IMG/VR virus record: IMGVR_UViG_3300037467_000874
Direction: 5' to 3' (one strand)
DNA length: 55,156 nt
Source of the DNA: an uncultured virus (IMG/VR IMGVR_UViG_3300037467_000874)
Taxonomy: Duplodnaviria > Heunggongvirae > Uroviricota > Caudoviricetes
The notes beneath the pieces were generated by a model, which made no database searches, was not told the DNA's origin, and saw only the letters and a program-made list of their open reading frames with translations. How positions within the stretch are numbered: position 1 is the first letter of the stretch; each line of letters starts with the position of its first letter. Positions 28,527 to 37,628 of the stretch are shown one piece after another. The position numbers and the translations under genes are program-made.

Positions 28527-28555
28527 ACTCTAGCACAAGTTGCTAGGTTTGTCAA
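28527..28555 (-). promoter_or_regulatory. sigmaA-type promoter
   Basis: TTGACA-17 bp-TAGAGT with extended -10 TG. Confidence 0.6.
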
Positions 28556-28576
28556 CAGAAAATTTCCTACCAACAA

Positions 28577-29032
28577 TTACCTTACCCGATCATGGACAAG
28601 CCTTGCAACATTTAACTGCCTTTCTTCGTCTATAAACATATCATAGATAATCTTGGAAGTCAAATCCCCACCAGCAATTTTATTTAATATTCTATTTGCT
28701 GTGTAATCGTCTATAGGTTGCTGAAACAAATCTTGAATAGAGAGTATTTCATTTTTGTCAAAAAGCTTGTGAAATTCTTCGAAGCCCATATTCATCTGCT
28801 TGATTTTGTGTCTTCTGTAGGCAGAGATGGAGAAGAATTGTCTTGCATCGCCTTGCCAGAAAAAGTCTTTAAATTCCTTTTCGTCGGAAGACGTTTGAAC
28901 CAAAAATCCCAATTGCCAGCTATTCTCTTTTGTCAAGTTCATTTCTTCATTCTCCCTACAATGGAAATTTATTTGGTTCGTGTTCTCATTATAAGAAATA
29001 AGCCAAACCATGTCAATACCCCAAATTAACAT
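28577..29032 (-). CDS. Hypothetical protein (likely start MNLTKE)
   Basis: Open frame; GGGAG RBS precedes the internal Met. Confidence 0.55.
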   Translation of the reverse strand: MLIWGIDMVWLISYNENTNQINFHCRENEEMNLTKENSWQLGFLVQTSSDEKEFKDFFWQGDARQFFSISAYRRHKIKQMNMGFEEFHKLFDKNEILSIQDLFQQPIDDYTANRILNKIAGGDLTSKIIYDMFIDEERQLNVARLVHDRVR

Positions 29033-29072
29033 TTTATGAACAAACCGGATTTATTATGCAAGTCCAAAGAAA

Positions 29073-29195
29073 AAATCCAAAAGGTTACAAAAATGGACTA
29101 ATTATAATAGAGGTAAATAACTTAATAATATATAGTATATATAAATAATAATATTATATATTATATTTAGTCCATAAAGATAACCTATTGGATTT
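29073..29195. repeat. 36-bp imperfect inverted repeat flanking a 51-bp AT-rich core
   Basis: Left arm AAATCCAAAAGGTTACAAAAATGGACTAATTATAAT (29073-29108); reverse complement of right arm AAATCCAATAGGTTATCTTTATGGACTAAATATAAT (29160-29195). Confidence 0.85.
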
Positions 29196-29217
29196 TAAAC
29201 AACAAAAAACCGCACTA

Positions 29218-30192
29218 TTATGTGCGGCATTCGTCACAATATTCATCTTCTTCATAAAGACTTTCTATTGTCTCAATGTTGCAATAGTCTTTAACGGAAT
29301 AAATATTTTTAATGTTAAATCTTTCGGCAAGTGGTCTAAACTTTTCATAATCAAACTTTCTATTATGAAACATCCCCTTTGCTCTGTGTAGTATTCCTGA
29401 ACGAAGAATATTTTTTCCTGTGAAGTATGGAATACCAAGTGTTTCACTGATAACTTTAAGTCTTCTGTATACAACTGAAGATTGAACAGCGCCACTGTAG
29501 TTATCAGTTTTGGTAACTGAGTTACGAAGTACATAATCATTTTCTACTAATGTTGTAAATTCTTTAATGTTTTCAGTGACTTCCATTTGACCATTTCTCT
29601 TTGTGTAAGTTTTTTCACTCAATGCTTCCTCGATCAATTTGATGGTTCTGTCAGAAACTTCAATGCTTCTTGCGAGCATTCCTTTTTCATTTCTTAAATG
29701 TAAGATGTTGTTTTTAAAGTCAACATCAAATTTGTTTAGATTTCTGATTTCACAAGAATCTTTACCCGCTACACCTTCGAAATATAGTCTGATAATTACT
29801 GCGTCTTGTGCATTCTCACAGAATCGCTCAATCTCTGTTATCTCTTTCTCAGTGAAGTATAACTTTACAGACTTGTCAACGAATTTGTCAAACCATTCTG
29901 AATCAACAAGCTTCAATGGATTCATGACAACCTTCTTGTATCCTGCATCAATGCACCAAGATATATAAGATGTTACAATCCTGCCATTTGATCTAGATAT
30001 GGCGCTTGTCAATGGTGCCAAATCTGAAAGAAAGTCCTCTATTTCACTCTTTGAGAATTCAGCTAAATCTTTGCCAAGAACTCTCTCTGTATCAGCACTT
30101 TTAATGAATATTCTCTTGTAGGTTGATTTAGAATCTTCATTTTCATACATATTTAAGAACAATTCTTTGATATCTGCATTGTAAAGCTCCAT
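29218..30192 (-). CDS. YopR/MrpR (SroF)-like phage repressor with tyrosine-recombinase fold
   Basis: Collinear with SPbeta YopR as I recall it: YNADIKE, KLYFT, IRLYFEGV, LVENDYV, ILRSG, YSVKDY. Lacks the catalytic Arg (GKDSCEI) and the HxxR motif. Confidence 0.8.
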   Translation of the reverse strand: MELYNADIKELFLNMYENEDSKSTYKRIFIKSADTERVLGKDLAEFSKSEIEDFLSDLAPLTSAISRSNGRIVTSYISWCIDAGYKKVVMNPLKLVDSEWFDKFVDKSVKLYFTEKEITEIERFCENAQDAVIIRLYFEGVAGKDSCEIRNLNKFDVDFKNNILHLRNEKGMLARSIEVSDRTIKLIEEALSEKTYTKRNGQMEVTENIKEFTTLVENDYVLRNSVTKTDNYSGAVQSSVVYRRLKVISETLGIPYFTGKNILRSGILHRAKGMFHNRKFDYEKFRPLAERFNIKNIYSVKDYCNIETIESLYEEDEYCDECRT

Positions 30193-30995
30193 TAGTTGAC
30201 ACTCCCTTGTAATTTGAGAATGTTGTAAAGTCTTTTGATCTCATTCAAGTTATAATTTTTTATTTCCAATTCAACTTTCATGTTAAAATCATTTTGTCTT
30301 TCTACAACATATGCAAGAGCGTTCAAATAGTGAATTCCGTTTATTATATCAATCTTTCCGTTGCTAACTGTCAGTGTTCTATGTTGAGGGCTGTAGGCAA
30401 TATTTGAGCTATCACGTAGTATATTTACAACAATTGGTCCAACAATTGCTTTATTCGCCATGATATCCTTGGCAATTGTTTTAACTTCTCTCATATTGAT
30501 GTCAATCGTTTTAACCATTTTCCCAACAACATTCTTTTCAAACTTATAATTCTTAGTTACTTCGTAATTATAGTTCAACAAATTCGCGTTGTAAAGTTTT
30601 ATTAGTGTTTTCACATTTTCAAGAAGCACATAATCATTATCATTTGACTGCATTACATTTTTGAAAACAATTGGATATTCGACAACTTCGACATCTTTCG
30701 ACTTTATTCTGCTTTTCGCTTTTTCAATTTCTTCTTTTGAGAAAAATCCGTAAGGATTGATGATCATTAATTGTGTTACATGGTGAACAGCTATTGTCAG
30801 AAGACAGAACACTTCATTGTCAAGTTTGTCAAGTCCGACAGTTCCATTGATAATTCTTTGAACTTTACCTCTCATAACTCCGTGTTTGAACATTTCTTCC
30901 TTTACCGATTCTACCTTGTGCCTGTCAAATTTGATTTCCTGAAGAACCTTTCCAAGAGTTTCTTCGAACTCTGCTTTGCTTACTTTTGTCATCAT
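30192..30995 (-). CDS. YopQ (SroE)-like ParB/DndB-fold protein, shortened, with degenerate DGxHR motif
   Basis: LLNYNYE...IIN GIHYLNA at the DGxHR position; directly upstream of the YopR-like gene, as in SPbeta. Confidence 0.6.
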   Translation of the reverse strand: MMTKVSKAEFEETLGKVLQEIKFDRHKVESVKEEMFKHGVMRGKVQRIINGTVGLDKLDNEVFCLLTIAVHHVTQLMIINPYGFFSKEEIEKAKSRIKSKDVEVVEYPIVFKNVMQSNDNDYVLLENVKTLIKLYNANLLNYNYEVTKNYKFEKNVVGKMVKTIDINMREVKTIAKDIMANKAIVGPIVVNILRDSSNIAYSPQHRTLTVSNGKIDIINGIHYLNALAYVVERQNDFNMKVELEIKNYNLNEIKRLYNILKLQGSVN

Positions 30996-31157
30996 TTCAA
31001 CATCTCCTTTTTAGTTTTTTCTTTGATGATAATAGTATATACACGAAATTCATTTTTTATAACACTTTGAAGTAAAAAAAATATGGGCAAAAAGTCTCTA
31101 GGACTTCTTACCCACAATCGTATCATAATTTATTTTATTTATCAATGGAACATAACG

Positions 31158-31373
31158 CTAATTATCCACTATGCCACCATTCTCATGTTTCCTACATCCT
31201 TCGGGAAGCTCAATGACTTCCCAATGCTTAGAAAGATATCTAGCGTCAAATCCAAGGCTCTTGGTGAGATATCCATCTTTCCATGTATGAATTGAAAAGC
31301 CAAATGTAGAATACTCTACAGTTCCATAGTAGCCGTAACGTTTATGCTTTACAACGTCTCCAAGTTTCATCAC
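31158..31373 (-). CDS. Hypothetical protein
   Basis: 71-aa ORF (MKLGDVV N-terminus). Confidence 0.6.
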   Translation of the reverse strand: MMKLGDVVKHKRYGYYGTVEYSTFGFSIHTWKDGYLTKSLGFDARYLSKHWEVIELPEGCRKHENGGIVDN

Positions 31374-31606
31374 GCTTCATCTGCCTTCATTAAAATCCAT
31401 TCTGGTTCATGAGTTTTATGTTTATACACTTCTAAAGAATGTTCGGAGGAATACAAAGTTCTAATCATTAATTTACTGGATTTTTTGTCAATGCGAATAT
31501 GGCTTCCCATAAGACTTGACCATGATACATTGATAGCATGATCATCCTCTTCGATTAAATCAACAATTTCACCAATTGTATATAATGTAAATTCTTTTTT
31601 AACCAT
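31370..31606 (-). CDS. Hypothetical protein
   Basis: 78-aa ORF with RBS. Confidence 0.55.
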   Translation of the reverse strand: MVKKEFTLYTIGEIVDLIEEDDHAINVSWSSLMGSHIRIDKKSSKLMIRTLYSSEHSLEVYKHKTHEPEWILMKADEA

Positions 31607-31621
31607 TAATTAACCTCTCCC

Positions 31622-32305
31622 TTACCATCCATAGTTTAATTCTGCATAAACTTGTTGCTGAGTACGAATAATCTTCCTTAGATCAGTTTCAGGCGCAAGA
31701 AGATCAGTTTCCGTAACCCTGATAAGATATCTCCATTCACTCTTTGTTGCAAGAACGCCTTCATGGATATCCCACCAGTCAAATTCCACAACTTGACAAC
31801 TTGGAGCAGTAAGAATGTCAAGTTCATTTCTCTTTTCATTAATTTCTTTAGAAATTTTCTGAAACAATCTAGCATCTTTATTAGGAAGTTCAATGTTAAC
31901 TCTCTGATTCACAAAGTTGGTAAGGCAACCTTCACCAGTTACCAATAAATGGAATCTAGCTGGACGCATCATATCTTGTTGTTCAATATCTGGTTTTCCT
32001 GTAAAAAAGTTATATGTTAATCCTTCGTCTGTAGTTCGTGGAGTGCCGTCAACATGCCAGCCGGGAATAGCTGGACACCACCCCGGCTTAAGCATGGTAA
32101 TTTTTGTATCCACTACAACATACTTCCTATCATTACGAATATTCATTGCACCAATGGCTTCTCTAGTAATGTCACCACCATACCTAATTGCATCCTCAAT
32201 ACTTGCACACCATAGGCCAAGTGTATTTTTAATAAGATCATTGTCTGGTTGTTCAATCGTTCCAGCAAATTGAAGAGGATTGCGATTAAATGTAAATGTA
32301 TTCAA
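31622..32305 (-). CDS. 2OG-Fe(II) oxygenase-like (double-stranded beta-helix) protein
   Basis: PAIPGWHVDG (HxD), distal IHEG and WRYLIR motifs. Confidence 0.6.
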   Translation of the reverse strand: MNTFTFNRNPLQFAGTIEQPDNDLIKNTLGLWCASIEDAIRYGGDITREAIGAMNIRNDRKYVVVDTKITMLKPGWCPAIPGWHVDGTPRTTDEGLTYNFFTGKPDIEQQDMMRPARFHLLVTGEGCLTNFVNQRVNIELPNKDARLFQKISKEINEKRNELDILTAPSCQVVEFDWWDIHEGVLATKSEWRYLIRVTETDLLAPETDLRKIIRTQQQVYAELNYGW

Positions 32306-32332
32306 AATTAATACCTCCTTTTATTTATTCTT

Positions 32333-33535
32333 TTATTTACTTTTCATAAGTTTTTCGAAAAACGACTTAGCTTTTTCTTCTTTAATATTACTTTCTCCCT
32401 CTTCTTTTATTAATTTTAAAGCATATTCTTCGTCATAATAAATATCTTCATCCTTCAGTTCCATTAAACTTTCACGTGTAGGTTCTGCAACTTCAGAAAC
32501 TCGTTTGCTTTGCGCTCTGATTGCTTTCTCAATAATATTGCGAACAGTTCTTGCATTTCCAAAATGCTTCTTTTTAATCTCAATGGAAACTACATGTTTC
32601 AGACGTTTAACAAAACTTGTAGACATTGAATAATCTCTTTCTTCACAGAATCCTTTTGCAATTCCAACAAGTTGCTCAGGAGAGTAATCTTCGAAATGTA
32701 AAACATTTGCAAATCTAGAACGAAGACCAGTATTAAAGTCAAGGAATTTTTCCATGTCTTCATCATATCCAGCGGCAATAACAATGACATGATCTCTCAT
32801 ATCTTCCATAAGCTTGACAATCAAAGCTACAGCGTTCCTAAGTTGGTTATTTTCACCTTTATCAACGAATGAATATGCTTCGTCAATAAATAGAATTCCT
32901 CCTTTTGCTTCTTCAAATTTCTGTTTGACATAACGCTCTGTCTCTCCCATGTATTTACTTGTAAAATCACTATGGGTAACTTCGACAAATGGAACACTAT
33001 CTTTATCTTTTCCTGCCTTCAAAAAACCAGCTTCGCGCATAATCTCTCCAACCAATCTAGCTACTGTAGTTTTACCAGTGCCAGGATTTCCTTTAAAGAT
33101 CATATGCAAAGTCTTTGGTGTATTTTTAAGTTTAAACTTTTCACGCATTTGTGCAACTTTTGCATCAAACATGATTTCATTGATTTCCTTTTTTACATTG
33201 TCAAGACCATTAAGATTATTTAGTTCTTCAAGAGACTTAATTTTTTTAAGATCAAATTCTTTCACTTCTTTTTTAACTTCCTTTCTGGTACCAAGAGTAG
33301 TTATTTCACTTACATATCCAATATGCTTGAAATATCTTGAATCTACAGGCCAATCCGTTCCAATATGTTCGCTGTCTATATGATCTAATACTCTAATAAT
33401 TAAATCATCATCATTACCAATAACCAACTTAACAACTTTCGCCTTCAGCATGTCTCTGCCTGTAATTACATAGGGAATAAATACACCAGTTTCAAGATTA
33501 GGCGCAATAATATCTCCAACTTTAAATCTACTCAT
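32333..33535 (-). CDS. AAA+ ATPase, CbbX/SpoVK family
   Basis: GLDNVKKEI, HMIFKGNPGTGKTTVARL, GGILFIDEAYS, VIAAGY, NTGLRSRF, FGNARTVRN. Confidence 0.9.
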   Translation of the reverse strand: MSRFKVGDIIAPNLETGVFIPYVITGRDMLKAKVVKLVIGNDDDLIIRVLDHIDSEHIGTDWPVDSRYFKHIGYVSEITTLGTRKEVKKEVKEFDLKKIKSLEELNNLNGLDNVKKEINEIMFDAKVAQMREKFKLKNTPKTLHMIFKGNPGTGKTTVARLVGEIMREAGFLKAGKDKDSVPFVEVTHSDFTSKYMGETERYVKQKFEEAKGGILFIDEAYSFVDKGENNQLRNAVALIVKLMEDMRDHVIVIAAGYDEDMEKFLDFNTGLRSRFANVLHFEDYSPEQLVGIAKGFCEERDYSMSTSFVKRLKHVVSIEIKKKHFGNARTVRNIIEKAIRAQSKRVSEVAEPTRESLMELKDEDIYYDEEYALKLIKEEGESNIKEEKAKSFFEKLMKSK

Positions 33536-33984
33536 TGGCCAACTACCTCCGCTATTTTAGTATTTTTCTCAATTCCAAGTCTTTGAAGAAAGTCATCTTC
33601 TTCAATAAACCTTTCGCCATCCTGAAGTCCAACGGGGCCATTCATTATTCCAGAGTAACAAAACGTTCTAGCATTCTTTTCGTCTTCTTCTGTAATTGGT
33701 CTAAAGTAATGTTCGCTATAACTTCTTGTAATATCTCCACGAATATCATAAATCCTTCCAGAAATTTTAAAAACAGCATGAGAAGGAAATGCGCGATACA
33801 AGATTTTACCTCTAGGAAAAACGAACTTCAATGTTCTGGCAAACATATAACAATTACCCATTAGAAACATACTCTCAATTTGTTCGTGAGCGTCTTGACC
33901 ATTTTTATTCTTATGTCCTTTGAGTAAAGCAATGAACTCCATTACACGATTATGTGTTGATGAATTTTTCATTTCTACTTTCAC
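33532..33984 (-). CDS. Hypothetical phage protein
   Basis: GNCYMFA...HAV...YDIRG pattern (possible Cys-His-Asp triad). Confidence 0.65.
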   Translation of the reverse strand: MKVEMKNSSTHNRVMEFIALLKGHKNKNGQDAHEQIESMFLMGNCYMFARTLKFVFPRGKILYRAFPSHAVFKISGRIYDIRGDITRSYSEHYFRPITEEDEKNARTFCYSGIMNGPVGLQDGERFIEEDDFLQRLGIEKNTKIAEVVGQ

Positions 33985-34025
33985 TCTCTTTCATTTATTT
34001 TTTCTTTCATTTATCTCTTGTCTAA

Positions 34026-34054
34026 ATATTACCATCGGTATGTATGCAAGTCAA
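34026..34054 (-). promoter_or_regulatory. sigmaA-type promoter
   Basis: TTGACT-17 bp-TAATAT with extended -10 TG. Confidence 0.6.
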
Positions 34055-34130
34055 TACCTTTTTATTCATCTTTTAAAACTTTTTCTATTAAATATTTTTC
34101 GACAAATTACAACAAAAAAAAGACTACTTA

Positions 34131-34459
34131 TCATAGCCATTTGAGTCCCTTGACAGTAAAAGCATCAAGAATCAAATGAGATAAGTAGCCAATAAAAAAT
34201 GAAACTGCTATATTTTTATCAAATAGAACTAAGCATGCAGTGCTGAACAAGAACAGCCCATACAGTCTATGTGTGAAGCCTCTGTGTTTGAATATAAGCC
34301 ACAACGGTATCAACCTGCCTAGTATTGACCTCTTCGTATCAGCGTCAGGCAGAAGCGCCCCTATAGCCACTGCAAGCAGGTTTAAATCTTGATTATGATA
34401 CATTGATATCAGCCACAACAAAACACCAACAGTTAAATGTACTTTGCCGCTGAAGGCAC
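34131..34459 (-). pseudogene. YdjM-like membrane metal-dependent hydrolase with apparent 5' frameshift
   Basis: GALLPDAD, HRGFTH and SHLILD motifs. The RBS-linked GTG is out of frame with the downstream SGKVH frame. Confidence 0.55.
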
Positions 34460-34502
34460 AACACCATCCTTTCAGATGATATTGTGCCCCTTTTTAATTT
34501 AT

Positions 34503-34919
34503 TTATACATCAACTTTGACTACAATTGTATCAACAAATCTGTCATGCAAAGCTTTACGCGAATCGCCAAGAGCCATAAGATAACCAATAAGGAAGATGA
34601 TTCCAGAACAAAACTTTCCAATATACTCACGTACAAACATTGTCGTTCTTGTCAGTTCACCAGTTTCTTTAACGATACGAATATGGAATAATTTCTTTCC
34701 AAGCGTCTGACCATTGTTCATGACAGGAACTTCTACATAGTAGAACCAACCGCATGCAAGACCAACAACGAAGCTTAGAAGCGTAATAAAGCCTTCATCA
34801 GCGCCAATAGTTCCAAATACGAATCCAATGATAGCTCCAATGACGGTGCTAATTACGCCTAAAATAAATCCGTCTGCTACCAGTGCCGCAAACCTTCTAA
34901 TAAAAGATGCTTTAACCAT
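34503..34919 (-). CDS. RDD family membrane protein
   Basis: ASFIRRFAALVAD, GQTLGKKLFHIRIV, KALHDRFVDTIVV. Confidence 0.92.
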   Translation of the reverse strand: MVKASFIRRFAALVADGFILGVISTVIGAIIGFVFGTIGADEGFITLLSFVVGLACGWFYYVEVPVMNNGQTLGKKLFHIRIVKETGELTRTTMFVREYIGKFCSGIIFLIGYLMALGDSRKALHDRFVDTIVVKVDV

Positions 34920-35364
34920 TTAAAATCATCCTCCTATAATGTTTTCTTAGTTTATTATATTCATTTTATGATTCATTTAGAACTACTAATATTCTTGAAT
35001 ATTCATTTTGATATCTTGGAATCAGCTTCTTTTTGATTGAGAACACCTTTCCAAGAATTAAATTTATCACTCAGTCTACATAACTTATCGTTGTCTATCT
35101 TTCCATTAGCCCACTTATCAATTAGTAATTTTATATAATCAGGCATAAATAATGTTCACCGCCTATTCATTGAATTACTTCGATTCAAAAATACTAAACT
35201 TCGATTTCTGAATCGCACTTTTTGCACCTAAGTCATTTGGGAAAACGATGTATTGTGTTTCATTTTCGTCAATGACTTCGTAAACAAGTCCATAAGTTAA
35301 TCCATCGAAATGACCTAAATCACTTTCATATCGCACTTTCACCATGAACACCTCCTTGACTATA

Positions 35365-35586
35365 TTAAATTACGTCATACCTAATTTTATATCTCTCTAC
35401 TTCCAAAAGTAAACAGTGTTTAATTTTTTCACCAGATGCATCATAAATTTCAAATTCTTGATCAATAACTTCATCAAGCAAACTTAACTCAGGAAGAACT
35501 CCATAGTTACGCTTGCTAATTCTTCCATCAGGTAATTCAATACACTCAATGAAGTTAGCTTTATTTAAAAATACCTTTGGATACAT
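35365..35586 (-). CDS. Hypothetical protein
   Basis: 73-aa ORF with AGGAGG RBS. Confidence 0.6.
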   Translation of the reverse strand: MYPKVFLNKANFIECIELPDGRISKRNYGVLPELSLLDEVIDQEFEIYDASGEKIKHCLLLEVERYKIRYDVI

Positions 35587-35907
35587 TTAAGAAACCTCCT
35601 TATATATTTTTATATTACTTACTTTATCTACAGAATCAATACGTTTGAGAGCGTCAACAATATCAACGCCTTCAAATGTATCGTTTCCGCCATCTTTCCA
35701 TTGCACTAAGTAACGTTTAAAGAAATAATCCTCTGTACGCAGATCGTATCCAGCATTTTCTTCATTGCACAATGGACAGATATAAGTGCTACCAAGCCAG
35801 CCAAGACTTCCGATAGGTATAAAATATTCTGGTATAATTTTATGTGTATATTCTTCTATTAATGACTGCTCTGTCAGCTTGTTACAACATATGCAAGCAT
35901 AAAGCAT
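35587..35907 (-). CDS. Hypothetical protein with Cys motifs
   Basis: CICC...CPLC. Confidence 0.6.
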   Translation of the reverse strand: MLYACICCNKLTEQSLIEEYTHKIIPEYFIPIGSLGWLGSTYICPLCNEENAGYDLRTEDYFFKRYLVQWKDGGNDTFEGVDIVDALKRIDSVDKVSNIKIYKEVS

Positions 35908-35911
35908 TTCC

Positions 35912-36175
35912 TCACTCTCCCACTACAACATCAACTACCCTAGTTCCAATCTTAAATGTAATAAAATCAAGTTTGTCAAATGTTTTAACTAATTCTTTTC
36001 TATTTTTTCTTATTTCTGATACAGACGGGAATACTTCAAGATCAACTAAGATACGTGGAAAGAATCTTTCTTCAGTATATAATGTCTGACATTGACAGTC
36101 AAGACCTAGACCTTCAAGAGATACGAGCGGTTTACCAATGACAACAATATAATGTTTTGGATAAGCCAATTTCAT
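35912..36175 (-). CDS. Hypothetical protein, possibly S4-like RNA-binding
   Basis: ILVDLEVFPSVSEIRKN...FKIG resembles an S4-like helix. Confidence 0.55.
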   Translation of the reverse strand: MKLAYPKHYIVVIGKPLVSLEGLGLDCQCQTLYTEERFFPRILVDLEVFPSVSEIRKNRKELVKTFDKLDFITFKIGTRVVDVVVGE

Positions 36176-36178
36176 TTT

Positions 36179-36436
36179 TCACTCTCCCATGAAATTAAAG
36201 AATTGAACAATACCATTTGGTTCACTTAACATTTTACTCAATCTAATAGCGTCAACCATCTCACCACGCATAAGCAAGGCCAACAGTGCAACAATGATAT
36301 CCTCTAATTGATCATAGTCATATTGCCGCTTGTCAAGCTCTTCTTCAATACGAAGAATGTAAAGTTCATCACTGCTTAACGTTTTGCTTCTCATTTCAGC
36401 CATTTGACGCAAACCTTTTAAAGTTAAGTTTTCCAT
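36179..36436 (-). CDS. Hypothetical protein
   Basis: 85-aa ORF with AGGAG RBS. Confidence 0.6.
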   Translation of the reverse strand: MENLTLKGLRQMAEMRSKTLSSDELYILRIEEELDKRQYDYDQLEDIIVALLALLMRGEMVDAIRLSKMLSEPNGIVQFFNFMGE

Positions 36437-36803
36437 GATGTTAACTCCTTTTTAAAATCTTTCTTCTATTGCTTCTTGTATCTTTTCAAGGGCCGAATTG
36501 TCAACATCATCATGCATGAATCCATTAACCGCTCTACCCGCATGCGCCATCGCGAACCAGTATTGTAAAGCTTTTAATTCATCAGTTGTAAATATTATGA
36601 TTTTCAAATTCTCCATGATGGTTCAGCCTCCCCGAGTAATGACACCAAGTACCACTACTACCAGTATAAAGGCAAAGAATACAACAATCAACTCTGTTCC
36701 ATCAACATTTTCTTTTGGCTTGTTCTTGTTGTCATTATTCACTTATTCAACCTCCAATAGTTTTTATAATGTATATGTTCTCTCAGGAACATTTAATACA
36801 AAA

Positions 36804-36819
36804 TGTTTCACGTGGAACA
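36804..36819. promoter_or_regulatory. parS: parS site (Spo0J/ParB binding)
   Basis: TGTTTCACGTGGAACA. Confidence 0.85.
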
Positions 36820-36820
36820 A

Positions 36821-37516
36821 TTATTTCAATGCCTTAGCTCCATAGTTGAAGTTTTTACCATCCTCAAACCCTGTTTCATATGCATCATTATCGCCAGCAA
36901 TGCCTATTTTTGTTTTACGTGCATCTTTTAATTTTATTTTATCATATTCAGAAACAACAATTTCATCTTTGACAAGTGCAAGTTGAAAACTGTCTTCAAC
37001 TTGTTTTTTGAATAATTCTGTAAGACTATCAAGATAGCCAAATATATAATCATTTTTTGTTCGTGTCATTTTCTTTGTTGAAACAAGATTGTCATTAAGA
37101 TATCCTTTAGACAAATGTTCAATGCACTTAACAGCGAAATGGAATACATCATTTGCAATTTGCGCATCTTCTTTCAGGCCAAGAAATACAAGACGTTTAC
37201 CTTTACCGTTCCTCCAATCTGTTTGTTTAAAGCAAAAGCACCTGAAGTTTTCAGATATAATCATTGCCAACGAACCGTACCACCAAGGAAGATTCATGTA
37301 ATTTGTTACAGGTTTTTTATATGCTTCTTTACGAATATTAAGCGGAATCTTTTTATCACTTTCAATCTCTTCAACATCGTCCATTGTCAAATTGTGTTGA
37401 AGCATAAGCTTTTGAGCCATCAACAATGCGGACTGTGATTCAGCCTCCGTAGCTCCATTTTCAGGCGTTTTACGGAGTAGCATTTGAATCTTACGAATCA
37501 TGTCAGACATGTTCAT
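36821..37516 (-). CDS. DUF2786-domain protein
   Basis: IRKIQMLL...EAESQSALLMAQKLMLQHNL N-terminus; AYETGFEDG C-terminus. Confidence 0.8.
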   Translation of the reverse strand: MNMSDMIRKIQMLLRKTPENGATEAESQSALLMAQKLMLQHNLTMDDVEEIESDKKIPLNIRKEAYKKPVTNYMNLPWWYGSLAMIISENFRCFCFKQTDWRNGKGKRLVFLGLKEDAQIANDVFHFAVKCIEHLSKGYLNDNLVSTKKMTRTKNDYIFGYLDSLTELFKKQVEDSFQLALVKDEIVVSEYDKIKLKDARKTKIGIAGDNDAYETGFEDGKNFNYGAKALK

Positions 37517-37540
37517 CTCTCCTTGATTTGGTTTTAATTT

Positions 37541-37569
37541 ATTATATCATTTGTAAGAAATGAAGTCAA
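37541..37569 (-). promoter_or_regulatory. sigmaA-type promoter
   Basis: TTGACT-17 bp-TATAAT with extended -10 TG. Confidence 0.75.
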
Positions 37570-37628
37570 ATTATTTTTGTATGTAGGAAGGGCACACAAC
37601 CACTTGATCGATCATGTGCCCCAATTTC

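Noticed and set aside
29218..30192. Tyrosine recombinase as the integrase for the cassette array
   Set aside because: It lacks the catalytic Arg and HxxR motif, matches the YopR/MrpR repressor type, and lies more than 13 kb from the array. No cassette recombinase is identifiable in this window.
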